A stretch of DNA of 64,000 bases, from assembly GCA_902599625.1 (NCBI GenBank), contig CACKGF010000002.1:177829-241828 (forward strand). The letters are read 5' to 3'. The stretch is from an uncultured Pelagibacteraceae bacterium. Lineage in GTDB: Bacteria > Pseudomonadota > Alphaproteobacteria > Pelagibacterales > Pelagibacteraceae. A program made the translations under genes and the position numbers. How positions within the stretch are numbered: position 1 is the first letter of the stretch; each line of letters opens with the position of its first letter. A model generated the notes under the pieces. It saw only the letters and a program-made list of their open reading frames with translations, ran no database searches and was not told the origin of the DNA. Of this stretch, positions 1 through 12,385 are shown in pieces.

Positions 1-49
1 TTGTTGGAACAAGTGGCAGCCACACAACCATGAATGCTAAATTTAATTA

Positions 50-1678
50 ATGAACAAATATAATCAAAATTTAGATAAAAATAATGCTAATTTTGTACCT
101 TTAACTCCTTTAAGTTTTCTTGAAAGAGCAAAAGATATATATCCAGATTATGAAGCTCTAGTATACGAAAATCGTTCTTATACCTGGTCACAAATTTACA
201 ATCGCTGTATTAAGTTTGCTAGTGCATTAGAGAAGATTGGAATTAAGGAGGGTGATACTGTTTCAGTGATGGCGTTTAATACTCCTGAAATATTTGAGGC
301 TCACTATTCTGTTCCAATGACTGGAGCAGTCCTAAATACTATCAACACAAGATTAGACGCAAAAACAGTCTCTTATATTTTGGACCACGCTGAGGCAAAA
401 GTTCTTATTGTCGATAGACAACTTCATTCAGTAGTAAATAAAGCCTTAGAAAATGTAAAATCTAAGCCTTTGATCATTGATATTCAAGACGATAACGCAG
501 ATCAGTCTTTGCTTAAAAAAATTGGTGATAAAGAATACGAAGATTTTTTGAATACAGGAGATGAAAATTATGTTTGGAAAAAACCAAAAGATGAATGGCA
601 AGCAATTTCGTTGAGTTATACGTCAGGTACAACAGGCAATCCAAAAGGCGTAGTATATCACCATCGAGGTTCTTATCTTATGTCAACTGGAAGTGCAGTT
701 GCATGGAATATGCCTAACAGATTAAATTTCTTAACAGTTGTTCCAATGTTTCACTGTAACGGATGGGGATACCCTTGGACAATTCCAATGTTAAATGGAA
801 AAACTATATGTTTAAGAGCCATAGACATTAAAAAAATTTTTGAATTAATTGAAAAACATGACATCAGTCACTTTGGTGGTGCACCAATAGTTCTTAATAT
901 GATTACAGGTGCTTCAGAATCTGAAAGAAAAAAGCTGAAGAAAAAAGTTTTCGTTTTGACCGCAGGCGCTCCACCCCCAAGTATAATTTTTAAAAAAATG
1001 GAAAATTTAGGTTTTGAAGTGATGCATGTTTATGGATTAACTGAAACGTATGGTCATATCCTGCAATGCGCGTGGAATGATGAATGGAATTCACTTGATG
1101 AAGACAAAAAAAATGAAATTAAAGCTAGACAAGGTGTTAGATATCCAAACACAGAAGATACAAAAGTAATAGATCCAGAAACCATGAAACCTGTGCCCAA
1201 GGATGGCAAAACTATTGGTGAAATTATGATTAAAGGAAATATCGTCATGAAAGGTTATTTTAAAGATAAAGAGGCAACTGATAAAGCAATGGCTCATGGA
1301 TGGTTTCATTCTGGAGATTTAGCCGTAGTGCATCCAGACGGTTACATAAAGATCAAGGATAGATCAAAAGATATAATTATTTCTGGTGGTGAAAACATCT
1401 CGTCTATTGAAATAGAAAATACTTTGGCTAAACATCCTAGTGTTTCAATAGCAGCAGTGGTTGCTAAACCCGATGAAAAATGGGGTGAAGTACCTTGTGC
1501 ATTTATTGAAAAAGTAAAGGATCAAGAGGCAACAGAGAAAGAACTTATTGATTTTTGCAGAGAAACACTGGCAGGTTTTAAAATTCCAAAAAAAATTGCA
1601 TTTTGCGAACTACCAAAAACTTCAACAGGAAAAATTCAGAAATTTGAGTTAAGAAAAAAGGCCAAGGAACTAAGTTGA
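50..1678 (+). CDS. dmdB: AMP-dependent acyl-CoA synthetase; probable 3-methylmercaptopropionate-CoA ligase (DmdB-type)
   Basis: 542-aa ORF with adenylate-forming enzyme motifs (SYTSGTTGNPKGV, YGLTE, GWFHSGD, KDIIISGGENISS, C-terminal TSTGKIQK). It lies two genes upstream of dmdA, as I recall for the SAR11 DMSP-demethylation locus. The family call is firm. The substrate call is by context and memory only. Confidence 0.75.
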   Translation: MNKYNQNLDKNNANFVPLTPLSFLERAKDIYPDYEALVYENRSYTWSQIYNRCIKFASALEKIGIKEGDTVSVMAFNTPEIFEAHYSVPMTGAVLNTINTRLDAKTVSYILDHAEAKVLIVDRQLHSVVNKALENVKSKPLIIDIQDDNADQSLLKKIGDKEYEDFLNTGDENYVWKKPKDEWQAISLSYTSGTTGNPKGVVYHHRGSYLMSTGSAVAWNMPNRLNFLTVVPMFHCNGWGYPWTIPMLNGKTICLRAIDIKKIFELIEKHDISHFGGAPIVLNMITGASESERKKLKKKVFVLTAGAPPPSIIFKKMENLGFEVMHVYGLTETYGHILQCAWNDEWNSLDEDKKNEIKARQGVRYPNTEDTKVIDPETMKPVPKDGKTIGEIMIKGNIVMKGYFKDKEATDKAMAHGWFHSGDLAVVHPDGYIKIKDRSKDIIISGGENISSIEIENTLAKHPSVSIAAVVAKPDEKWGEVPCAFIEKVKDQEATEKELIDFCRETLAGFKIPKKIAFCELPKTSTGKIQKFELRKKAKELS

Positions 1679-2451
1679 TTTTTGAAATAGATAAGAAGCA
1701 AGTATTTGCATCTACTGCAGGTAAAGAATTTGATCCTACAAAGAAAACTGTATTTCTCTTACATGGAAGCGGATTGTCTCACATAGTGTGGTCTCTTACA
1801 GAACAATTTTTATCTAACAAAAATCTAAATATTTTGTCTTTGGATTTACCTGGTCACGGAAATTCGGACGGGCCCTGCATTGATTCAATCGAAAAAATTG
1901 CAGATTGGATTGAAAGTGTGAGACTTTTTTTAAAAACCGAACAAGTTTCAATAGTAGGACATTCACAAGGATGTTTAGAGGCACTAGAGTATGGCTCGCG
2001 TTTTAAAAAAAATACTCACAAATTAGTTTTTTTAGCGGGCTCCTATAGGATGCCTGTTAACCAAGATTTAATTGATCTAGCAGATTCTGGGGATAAAAAA
2101 GCTGTACACTTAATGATGAAATGGGGTTACGAAGGTTCAAGGAAATTTATAGGAGGCAATCCAGTCGAGAAAATTATTAATTCCTCAAGAGAGGTGAAAG
2201 AAATTTTAGCCACAGACTTAAAAGCTTGTAATAATTATAAAAATGGCAAAGAAGCTTCAGCTGCAATTGATTGTCCAACTTTATTAATTTTTGGAGCTCT
2301 GGATAAAATGGCCCCCTTAGAAAATGGAAAAAAATTCGCAAATTTAATTAAAAATTCAGAGACCCAAATAATTAACGAGTGCGGACATATGATTATGTTT
2401 GAAAAAGCTTTTGAAATGAGAGAAAAGGTAGCTGAATTTTTAAAAAAATGA
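1675..2451 (+). CDS. alpha/beta-fold hydrolase, substrate unknown
   Basis: 258-aa ORF. It has an HGSG oxyanion region, a GHSQG nucleophile elbow, a candidate Asp in GALDKM and a candidate His in ECGHMIMFE. The TTG start at 1675 overlaps the dmdB TGA (TTGA), and its stop overlaps the dmdA ATG (ATGA at 2448-2451). No in-frame ATG lies near the N-terminus. Confidence 0.8.
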   Translation: MIFEIDKKQVFASTAGKEFDPTKKTVFLLHGSGLSHIVWSLTEQFLSNKNLNILSLDLPGHGNSDGPCIDSIEKIADWIESVRLFLKTEQVSIVGHSQGCLEALEYGSRFKKNTHKLVFLAGSYRMPVNQDLIDLADSGDKKAVHLMMKWGYEGSRKFIGGNPVEKIINSSREVKEILATDLKACNNYKNGKEASAAIDCPTLLIFGALDKMAPLENGKKFANLIKNSETQIINECGHMIMFEKAFEMREKVAEFLKK

Positions 2452-3557
2452 AAAATTTTCCAATTATAAGATCACGTAGACTTAGAAGCACACCTTACAC
2501 AGAAAGAATAGAAGCTCACGGTGTTAGCGGATATACAGTTTATAATCATATGCTATTACCAGTATCTTTCAAATCAATTGAAGATGACTACAATCATTTA
2601 AAAAAATATGTTCAAGTTTGGGACGTTGCTGCGGAAAGGCAGGTAGAAATATCAGGCAAAGACTCAGCAGAACTTGTTCAATTAATGACATGTAGAGATT
2701 TATCTAAATCTAAAATTGGAAAATGCTACTACGCTCCATTAATTGACCAAGAAGGACTTTTGGTAAATGATCCAATAATAAATAAACTTGAAAATGATAG
2801 ATGGTGGCTTTCAATTGCCGACTCTGATGTAATTTTTTTTGCGAAGGGCTTGGCCGCAGGACATAATTTTGATGTCAAAATTCATGAGCCAAATGTTAAC
2901 ATACTTGCTATTCAAGGTCCTCTATCAGACGACTTAATGGCTAAATTGTTTGGTGATGAAATAAGACAACTAAAATTTTTCAATTTTAAGTACTTTGAAT
3001 TTAAACAAAATAAATATTTTATTGCAAGATCAGGTTGGTCGAAACAAGGGGGATTTGAGGTATATGTTGAGAATGATATTGCTGGTCAAAAATTATATGA
3101 TGGCTTATTTGAACATGGCAAGGAATTGAATGTCAGAGCTGGTTGCCCAAATCTAATTGAAAGAATTGAGTCAGCGCTTTTATCGTATGGAAATGATTTT
3201 GATAATGGAGATAACCCATTTGAAGCAAATTTCGATAAGTATATAAATTTAGACACTGATGTAAAATTTCTAGGAAAGGAAAAGTTACAAAAAATTAAAA
3301 AAGATGGAGTCTCTAGAAAATTAATGGGGGTTAAAATTGATCATAACAAAATCAATATGAGCAAAGAAAAGGAATTGTTCGATGAAAAGAATAATATTGT
3401 TGGATACATAAGATCAGCCGCTTATTCCCCAAATTTTAAAAAGATTATTGGTATTGCAATGATTAATAAACCTTATTGGGATGGCAAACATCAATTTAAG
3501 ATCGAAATTAACGATAAAACATATTTAGGAACAGTTTGCGATTTACCCTTCATCTAG
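2448..3557 (+). CDS. dmdA: dimethylsulfoniopropionate demethylase (GcvT/aminomethyltransferase family)
   Basis: 369-aa ORF of the GcvT fold family. The N-terminus [26 protein letters not shown]... and the length match what I remember of Pelagibacter DmdA. Genomic context with a DmdB-type ligase supports the call. Confidence 0.88.
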   Translation: MKNFPIIRSRRLRSTPYTERIEAHGVSGYTVYNHMLLPVSFKSIEDDYNHLKKYVQVWDVAAERQVEISGKDSAELVQLMTCRDLSKSKIGKCYYAPLIDQEGLLVNDPIINKLENDRWWLSIADSDVIFFAKGLAAGHNFDVKIHEPNVNILAIQGPLSDDLMAKLFGDEIRQLKFFNFKYFEFKQNKYFIARSGWSKQGGFEVYVENDIAGQKLYDGLFEHGKELNVRAGCPNLIERIESALLSYGNDFDNGDNPFEANFDKYINLDTDVKFLGKEKLQKIKKDGVSRKLMGVKIDHNKINMSKEKELFDEKNNIVGYIRSAAYSPNFKKIIGIAMINKPYWDGKHQFKIEINDKTYLGTVCDLPFI

Positions 3558-3572
3558 TATAAGTAAAACATC

Positions 3573-4565
3573 ATGAATATTGCGATTGTAGGTGCCACAG
3601 GAAATGTTGGTAGGAAAATAATTGAAGTTTTACATAATAAAAAAATTTCGATTGATAATTTATATTTCGTAGCTTCATCTAATAGCGCAGGATCTACTCT
3701 TAAATTTGGTGATAAAGAAATCAAAGTTGAAAATTTGGAAAATTTTGATTTTTCCAAAGTGAATATTTCTTTTTTTTCAGCTGGAAAAACAATCTCTGAA
3801 AAATATGTTCCTCTAGCAGCAAAACATTCAGTTGTAATTGATAACTCAAGTTTTTTCAGAATGGACCCTGATGTACCTTTGATAGTTCCTCAAGTTAATA
3901 AAGACCATTTAAAAAACATTAAAAAAAATATAATTGCAAATCCTAATTGTTCAACTGCACAGCTAGTCATTGTTTTAAAATCACTTAATGATAATTTTAA
4001 AATTAAAAGAATAGTGATTTCCACTTATCAGTCTACTTCTGGAGCTGGAAAAAAACCTATGGATGAGTTAATTGATCAAACAAAATCGATATTGAATAAT
4101 AAAAGCTTTGAGGTAAAAAATTTTACAAAACAAATTGCGTTTAATGCAATACCTCATATAGATAGTTTTTCTGAAGATGGTTACACTAAAGAAGAATTAA
4201 AAATGATTAAAGAAACTAATAAAATATTAGGTACTAAAATTGATATTACCGCAACATGTGTAAGAATTCCTGTTCTCGTTTCACATGCAGAGTCAGTAAA
4301 TATTGAATTTGAAAATGATTTTTCTATTAAAAAGGTAAAAGAATTATTAAATACTGCAGAGGGCTGTAAAGTAGTTGATGAGAATTCTGATGGTGGTTAT
4401 ATCACACCAGTAGATGCAGAGGGTAAAAACGAGACTTTTATTTCAAGAATTAGAAAAGATAATAGTAAAAAAAATTCTTTAAATATGTGGATTGTTTCTG
4501 ACAATTTATTGAGGGGCGCAGCTTTAAATGCTGTTGAAATTGCTGAAGCTTATATTAAAAGATAA
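3573..4565 (+). CDS. asd: aspartate-semialdehyde dehydrogenase
   Basis: 330-aa ORF with an N-terminal Rossmann motif VGATGNVGR, the active-site Cys context NPNCSTAQ, and SGAGKK. Confidence 0.9.
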   Translation: MNIAIVGATGNVGRKIIEVLHNKKISIDNLYFVASSNSAGSTLKFGDKEIKVENLENFDFSKVNISFFSAGKTISEKYVPLAAKHSVVIDNSSFFRMDPDVPLIVPQVNKDHLKNIKKNIIANPNCSTAQLVIVLKSLNDNFKIKRIVISTYQSTSGAGKKPMDELIDQTKSILNNKSFEVKNFTKQIAFNAIPHIDSFSEDGYTKEELKMIKETNKILGTKIDITATCVRIPVLVSHAESVNIEFENDFSIKKVKELLNTAEGCKVVDENSDGGYITPVDAEGKNETFISRIRKDNSKKNSLNMWIVSDNLLRGAALNAVEIAEAYIKR

Positions 4566-4567
4566 AT

Positions 4568-4954
4568 ATGAAAGAAAACAATCCATTATCTCCTCATATT
4601 CAGATATACAATTGGCATGTGTCATCCCTTGTTTCTATTTCACATAGGATCACAGGTATTTTAAATTATTTTTTATTAATTTTTATTTGTATTTGGGCCG
4701 GAAGTATATTTTTTGGTGAAGACGCATATGATATTTTCAAACTATTTTTAAATTCGTTATTTGGAAAATTTTTTGTCATAGGTTTTATATGGTCTTACCT
4801 TTTTCAAATTTTGAGTGAAATAAGACATTGGTTTTGGGATGTTGGTTTAGGTTTTGAACTAAAAACTTCTAAAATAACAGGGCTATTAGTAATCTTTGGT
4901 TCTTTTCTGTTAACAATATTAATATATTCTTCTAGGGGATTTTTACAATTATGA
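4568..4954 (+). CDS. sdhC: succinate dehydrogenase cytochrome b556 subunit
   Basis: 128-aa three-TM ORF with the LSPHIQIY...SISHRITG motif typical of SdhC. It is the first gene of an sdhCDAB set. Confidence 0.85.
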   Translation: MKENNPLSPHIQIYNWHVSSLVSISHRITGILNYFLLIFICIWAGSIFFGEDAYDIFKLFLNSLFGKFFVIGFIWSYLFQILSEIRHWFWDVGLGFELKTSKITGLLVIFGSFLLTILIYSSRGFLQL

Positions 4955-5274
4955 TCAAAGCAACAAAGAAATGGCTTTTTTTAAAAATATCTTCTTTAGT
5001 AATGGTGCCCCTTATGCTGTGGTTCTTAGTGAATTTTGTTTCGCTTTATGACTCTAGCTATAATGAAATCTTAGCCTTTTTATCTTCCCAACCTTCAAAA
5101 TTACTTTTTTCTTTATTCCTTGTCTCAATGTTTTTTTATTCTGCTTTGAGCATAAGTGAAGTCTTTGAGGACTATATTCACGTAGAGAGCACAAAAAAGC
5201 TTCTAAATATTGGTGTTTTTTTGTCATCTTTGATTATTCCATTATTTACAATAATACTTATATCTAACTTATAA
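4951..5274 (+). CDS. sdhD: succinate dehydrogenase hydrophobic membrane anchor subunit
   Basis: 107-aa three-TM ORF between sdhC and sdhA, with an ATGA overlap with sdhC. The call rests mainly on position and topology. Confidence 0.8.
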   Translation: MIKATKKWLFLKISSLVMVPLMLWFLVNFVSLYDSSYNEILAFLSSQPSKLLFSLFLVSMFFYSALSISEVFEDYIHVESTKKLLNIGVFLSSLIIPLFTIILISNL

Positions 5275-5277
5275 ATT

Positions 5278-7053
5278 ATGAAATCTTACAAAATTATTGA
5301 CCACGAATACGATGTAGTTGTTTTAGGTGCAGGAGGTTCTGGTTTAAGAGCCGCGGTTGGATTAAGCGAAGCAGGATTAAAAACTGCATGCGTTTCTAAA
5401 GTTTTCCCAACAAGAAGTCACACTTCTGCAGCACAAGGCGGCATCTCCGCAGCTCTTGGTAATATGGGTGAAGATGATTGGAGATGGCATATGTACGATA
5501 CAGTTAAAGGTTCAGATTGGTTAGGTGATCAAGATTGTATCGAGTATTTGTGTAAAGAAGCTCCAAGAGCAGTTTTAGAACTAGAAAAATATGGTGTTCC
5601 TTTCAGCAGGACTGAAGATGGAAAAATATATCAGCGTCCTTTTGGAGGAATGACAAAGAATTATGGTAACGAGCCTGTTCAAAGAACTTGTGCTGCTGCA
5701 GACAGAACTGGCCATGCTATTTTGCACACATTATATGGTCAGGCTCTAAAACATAACACAGAATTTTTCATTGAGTATTTTGCATTGGATCTTTTAATGA
5801 AAGATGGTCAGTGCAAAGGATTAATTGCTTGGAATTTGAATGATGGAACTATTCATAGATTTAGATCTCACATAACGATAATTGCAACAGGTGGTTACGG
5901 AAAAGTTTATTACTCAGCAACTTCAGCTCATACATGCACTGGAGACGGAAATGCTATGGTGCTTAGAGCAGGCTTACCTTTACAGGATATGGAGTTCGTC
6001 CAATTTCATCCAACAGGAATTTATGGTCATGGAACTTTAATTTCAGAAGGTGTGAGGGGCGAAGGTGGTTATTTAGTAAATTCCAAAGGCGAAAGATTTA
6101 TGGAAAGATATGCTCCAAAAGCTAAAGATCTTGCCTCAAGAGATGTTGTGAGTAGATCAATTGCGGTTGAAATTAATGAAGGTAGAGGTGTTGGAAACGA
6201 AAAAGATCACGTGCACTTACATTTAAACCATTTAGATCCAAAAGTTATAGAGGAAAGACTTCCAGGTATATCAGAGTCCTCAAGATTATTTGCGAATGTA
6301 GACGTAACAAAAGAACCTATTCCAGTAGTCCCAACTGTTCACTATAACATGGGAGGTATTCCTACAAATTATAAAGCTGAAGTTTTAACTTTAAATGGAT
6401 CAGAAAAAACTGTTCCAGGATTAATGGCAATTGGTGAGGCAGCTTGTGTGTCTGTTCATGGAGCTAACAGGCTCGGATCAAACTCTTTAATTGATCTAGT
6501 TGTTTTTGGAAGAGCTGCTGCTAAAAGAGCGGCGGAATTGGTAAAACCAGGGTCACCACATGAAGAAATCTCACAATCCGAGACTGACAAATGCCTAGAG
6601 AGATTTGATAGACTAAGAAATGCATCTGGATCAAATAGTACTGCAGATTTAAGATTAGCAATGCAAAAAACAATGCAGTCTAAGTGTGCTGTTTTCAGAA
6701 CTGAAAAAACTTTAAAAGAAGGTGTAAATGAAATTAGAAAGCCTTTTGAAGGCATGGATGACCTTTCGGTAAAAGACAAGTCTCTTATTTTTAATACGGA
6801 TTTAGTAGAGACATTAGAATTCGATAATTTAATTAGACAGGCGATAACAACAATGGATTCTGCTTATCATAGGAAAGAAAGCAGAGGTGCTCATGCTAGG
6901 GAAGATTTTCCAAAACGTAACGACGAAAAATTCATGCAGCATACATTATCATGGTGTGACGGTAAAAAGACTAAAATTGACTATAGACCTGTTCACAGAT
7001 CAACGCTTTCAAATGATGTTCAATACTTTCCACCACAAGAAAGAGTTTATTGA
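5278..7053 (+). CDS. sdhA: succinate dehydrogenase flavoprotein subunit
   Basis: 591-aa ORF with the FAD motif [10 protein letters not shown] and [11 protein letters not shown] (covalent-FAD His context). The remainder reads as typical SdhA. Confidence 0.97.
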   Translation: MKSYKIIDHEYDVVVLGAGGSGLRAAVGLSEAGLKTACVSKVFPTRSHTSAAQGGISAALGNMGEDDWRWHMYDTVKGSDWLGDQDCIEYLCKEAPRAVLELEKYGVPFSRTEDGKIYQRPFGGMTKNYGNEPVQRTCAAADRTGHAILHTLYGQALKHNTEFFIEYFALDLLMKDGQCKGLIAWNLNDGTIHRFRSHITIIATGGYGKVYYSATSAHTCTGDGNAMVLRAGLPLQDMEFVQFHPTGIYGHGTLISEGVRGEGGYLVNSKGERFMERYAPKAKDLASRDVVSRSIAVEINEGRGVGNEKDHVHLHLNHLDPKVIEERLPGISESSRLFANVDVTKEPIPVVPTVHYNMGGIPTNYKAEVLTLNGSEKTVPGLMAIGEAACVSVHGANRLGSNSLIDLVVFGRAAAKRAAELVKPGSPHEEISQSETDKCLERFDRLRNASGSNSTADLRLAMQKTMQSKCAVFRTEKTLKEGVNEIRKPFEGMDDLSVKDKSLIFNTDLVETLEFDNLIRQAITTMDSAYHRKESRGAHAREDFPKRNDEKFMQHTLSWCDGKKTKIDYRPVHRSTLSNDVQYFPPQERVY

Positions 7054-7823
7054 TGGTACAAATAAACTTACCACAAAATTCCAAAGTTGAAAAAGGTAAG
7101 TATTTTAAAGATAAGACTGGCTCAAAAAACATTCGTAAAGTAAATATTTATAGATGGGATCCATCTACTGGAGAAAATCCAAGGATTGATACTTACGAAG
7201 TAGACATGGATAATTGTCCTTCGAAAGTTTTAGATCTATTAAATAAAATTAAAAATGAGATAGATCCATCGATTTCCTACAGAAGGTCTTGTGCACATGG
7301 AGTATGTGGTTCTTGTGCTATGAATATGGATGGTAAAAACGGATTAGCTTGCACGAAGCCACACTCAGAAATTAAAGGAGATATTAATATTTATCCATTA
7401 CCACATTTGAAAGTTTTAAAAGACTTGATAGGTGATCTCAGCACTTTATACAAACAATATGAGTCTGTTGAACCTTGGTTAAAGACAACCTCAAAAACTG
7501 AAAAAGAGAATATTCAATCTAAGGAAGATAGAGCAAAACTAGATGGGCTTTACGAGTGCATAATGTGTGCATGTTGTTCAACTTCTTGCCCAAGTTATTG
7601 GTGGAATGGTGATAAATACTTAGGGCCTGCAGTTCTTTTACAGGCTTATAGATGGATAATTGATTCAAGAGATGAAGACAGAAAAGAAAGATTAAAAAAA
7701 GTTGCAGATGAACTTAAGTTATATAGGTGCCATACTATTATGAATTGTACTAATGCTTGCCCTAAAGGTTTAAATCCAGCAAAAGCAATAGCCTCAATTA
7801 AGAAAATGCTTGCAACTAGCTAA
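7050..7823 (+). CDS. sdhB: succinate dehydrogenase iron-sulfur subunit
   Basis: Three Cys clusters are present ([35 protein letters not shown]). The track start is TTG at 7050. The ATG at 7053, overlapping the sdhA TGA as TGATG, is the more likely start. Confidence 0.96.
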   Translation: MMVQINLPQNSKVEKGKYFKDKTGSKNIRKVNIYRWDPSTGENPRIDTYEVDMDNCPSKVLDLLNKIKNEIDPSISYRRSCAHGVCGSCAMNMDGKNGLACTKPHSEIKGDINIYPLPHLKVLKDLIGDLSTLYKQYESVEPWLKTTSKTEKENIQSKEDRAKLDGLYECIMCACCSTSCPSYWWNGDKYLGPAVLLQAYRWIIDSRDEDRKERLKKVADELKLYRCHTIMNCTNACPKGLNPAKAIASIKKMLATS

Positions 7824-7841
7824 TTACTTAATTAAATAATT

Positions 7842-10316
<2,475 letters not shown>

Positions 10317-10317
<1 letters not shown>

Positions 10318-11477
10318 TGAATATTCACGAACACCAGGCTAAACAATTATTAAAAAAATTTGGCGCCATTGTTCCTAATGGAGAGGCTTGTTTTACTGTA
10401 CAAGAAGTTTTAGAAAAAGCAAAAAAACTCAATCTTAAAAAATATGTTTTAAAAGCACAAATACATGCAGGCGGGAGAGGTAAGGCGGGTGGAGTTAAAA
10501 TATTAGATAATTTATCTGATCTAGAAAAAGCTGCAAAGGATTTGTTAGGAAAAAAATTAATTACACATCAGACAGGACCTAATGGCAAGGAAGTTAAAAG
10601 ACTTTATCTTGAAGAGCCGTCAAATATTAAAAAAGAATTTTATTTATCCTGTCTTATTGATAGGGCAAGTTCTAAAATTGCTTTTATTTCTAGCGATCAG
10701 GGTGGAATGGACATCGAAGAAGTTGCAAAAAGTGATCCTAATAAAATCAATACTGTAAAAATTAGTTTTAAGGAAAATATTGAAGATGAGGATTGTAAAA
10801 AAATTATTCGTAATTTCAATCTAGATGATGATGCAAATCTAAAATGTATCAAGATTATTAAATCAATTTACAAAACATTTGTTTCTACAGATGCAAGCTT
10901 AATTGAAATCAATCCACTAATACTTACAAAGGAAAACAATATTGTGTGTCTGGATGCAAAAATAAGCTTTGATGACAATGCAATTTTCAAACATCCAGAA
11001 TTACTGGAATTAAGAGATTTGAATGAAGAGGATCCTGCAGAAATAGAGGCAAGCAAACATGATTTAGCTTACATAAAATTAGATGGATCTATCGGATGTA
11101 TGGTAAACGGAGCAGGATTAGCAATGGCTACAATGGATATAATTAAACTGCATGGTCAAGAACCTGCAAATTTTTTAGATGTAGGAGGCGGTGCGTCTAA
11201 AGAAAAAGTTGCAGCTGCGTTTAAGATAATTTTATCAGATAAAAATGTAAAAGGAATACTGATAAATATTTTTGGAGGGATTATGAGGTGTGATGTCCTT
11301 GCCCAGGGAATTGTAGAGGCTGCAAAAGAATCCAAAATAAATATACCTCTTGTAGTAAGACTTGCCGGAACCAATTCAAAAGAAGGAAAAAAAATATTAG
11401 ATGAATCTGGATTAAAAATAATCTCTGCTAGCGATCTAGGGGACGCAGCAAAAAAAATTGTAAAACAAGTGGAATAA
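10317..11477 (+). CDS. sucC: succinyl-CoA synthetase beta subunit
   Basis: 386-aa ORF starting [16 protein letters not shown], with an ATP-grasp region. It is followed by sucD. Confidence 0.97.
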
Positions 11478-11478
11478 A

Positions 11479-12354
11479 ATGTCAGTTTTAATAAATAAAA
11501 ATACTAAACTTATATGCCAAGGCTTCACAGGCGCCCATGGAACATTTCATTCTGAACAGTCAATAAAATATGGGACAAATCTAGTTGGAGGCGTAACTCC
11601 AGGTAAAGGAGGACAAACACACTTAAATAAACCTGTTTTTAATTCTGTAAAAGAAGCAAAAGGTAAGACTAATGCAAATGCAACAATGATTTATGTCCCT
11701 GCAAAATTTGCTGCTGCAGCAATAATCGAGGCAATTGAGGCTAAGATCGAATTGATAGTTTGTATAACTGAAGGGATTCCAATCTTGGATATGTTAAAAG
11801 TAAAAGAAAAATTATCAAACTCAGCTTCCAGACTAATTGGACCAAATTGTCCAGGAATTATCACTCCAGACGAATGTAAAATTGGTATCATGCCAGGAAA
11901 TATTCATAAGAAGGGATCCGTTGGTATAGTCTCAAGATCAGGAACTCTAACTTATGAGGCTGTCGCACAAACAACTGAAAACGGATTAGGTCAGTCAACA
12001 TGTATCGGAATAGGAGGAGATCCAATTAACGGAACAAATTTTATAGATTGTTTAGACTTGTTTTTAAACGATCCAGAAACTGAGTCTATTTTGATGATTG
12101 GTGAAATTGGGGGAACTGCAGAGGAAGAAGCAGCAGAATTTATTAAAAATCATAAAATCAAAAAGCCTATGGTAGGATTTATTGCTGGTATCACAGCACC
12201 TCCTGGACGAAGAATGGGACATGCGGGAGCAATAATTTCTGGTGGCAAAGGCGGAGCTTCAGATAAAATTGATACAATGATAGATGCAGGTATTACCATT
12301 GCAAAATCTCCTGCAGAAATGGGAATTACATTAAAAAATAAATTGGGTCTTTAA
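11479..12354 (+). CDS. sucD: succinyl-CoA synthetase alpha subunit
   Basis: 291-aa ORF with SRSGTLTYE and the phosphohistidine loop MGHAGAII. Confidence 0.97.
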   Translation: MSVLINKNTKLICQGFTGAHGTFHSEQSIKYGTNLVGGVTPGKGGQTHLNKPVFNSVKEAKGKTNANATMIYVPAKFAAAAIIEAIEAKIELIVCITEGIPILDMLKVKEKLSNSASRLIGPNCPGIITPDECKIGIMPGNIHKKGSVGIVSRSGTLTYEAVAQTTENGLGQSTCIGIGGDPINGTNFIDCLDLFLNDPETESILMIGEIGGTAEEEAAEFIKNHKIKKPMVGFIAGITAPPGRRMGHAGAIISGGKGGASDKIDTMIDAGITIAKSPAEMGITLKNKLGL

Positions 12355-12385
12355 TATTTTAATGTTAATACTATAATAATCGTAA

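Noticed and set aside
1-33. Frame-1 reading frame open from the window edge to TGA at 31-33 (LLEQVAATQP*). This may be the 3' end of an upstream gene. By recalled SAR11 synteny, a dmdC-type acyl-CoA dehydrogenase might be expected there.
   Set aside because: Ten codons cannot support a call, so it is not reported as a feature.
3554-3757. 67-aa minus-strand ORF across the dmdA-asd junction.
   Set aside because: It overlaps the asd Rossmann-fold N-terminus in antisense. The only upstream space on its own strand is inside asd.
6887-7090. 67-aa plus-strand ORF in an alternative frame spanning the sdhA/sdhB junction.
   Set aside because: It is out of frame with two certain genes and has no motif. 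Such ORFs are expected by chance.
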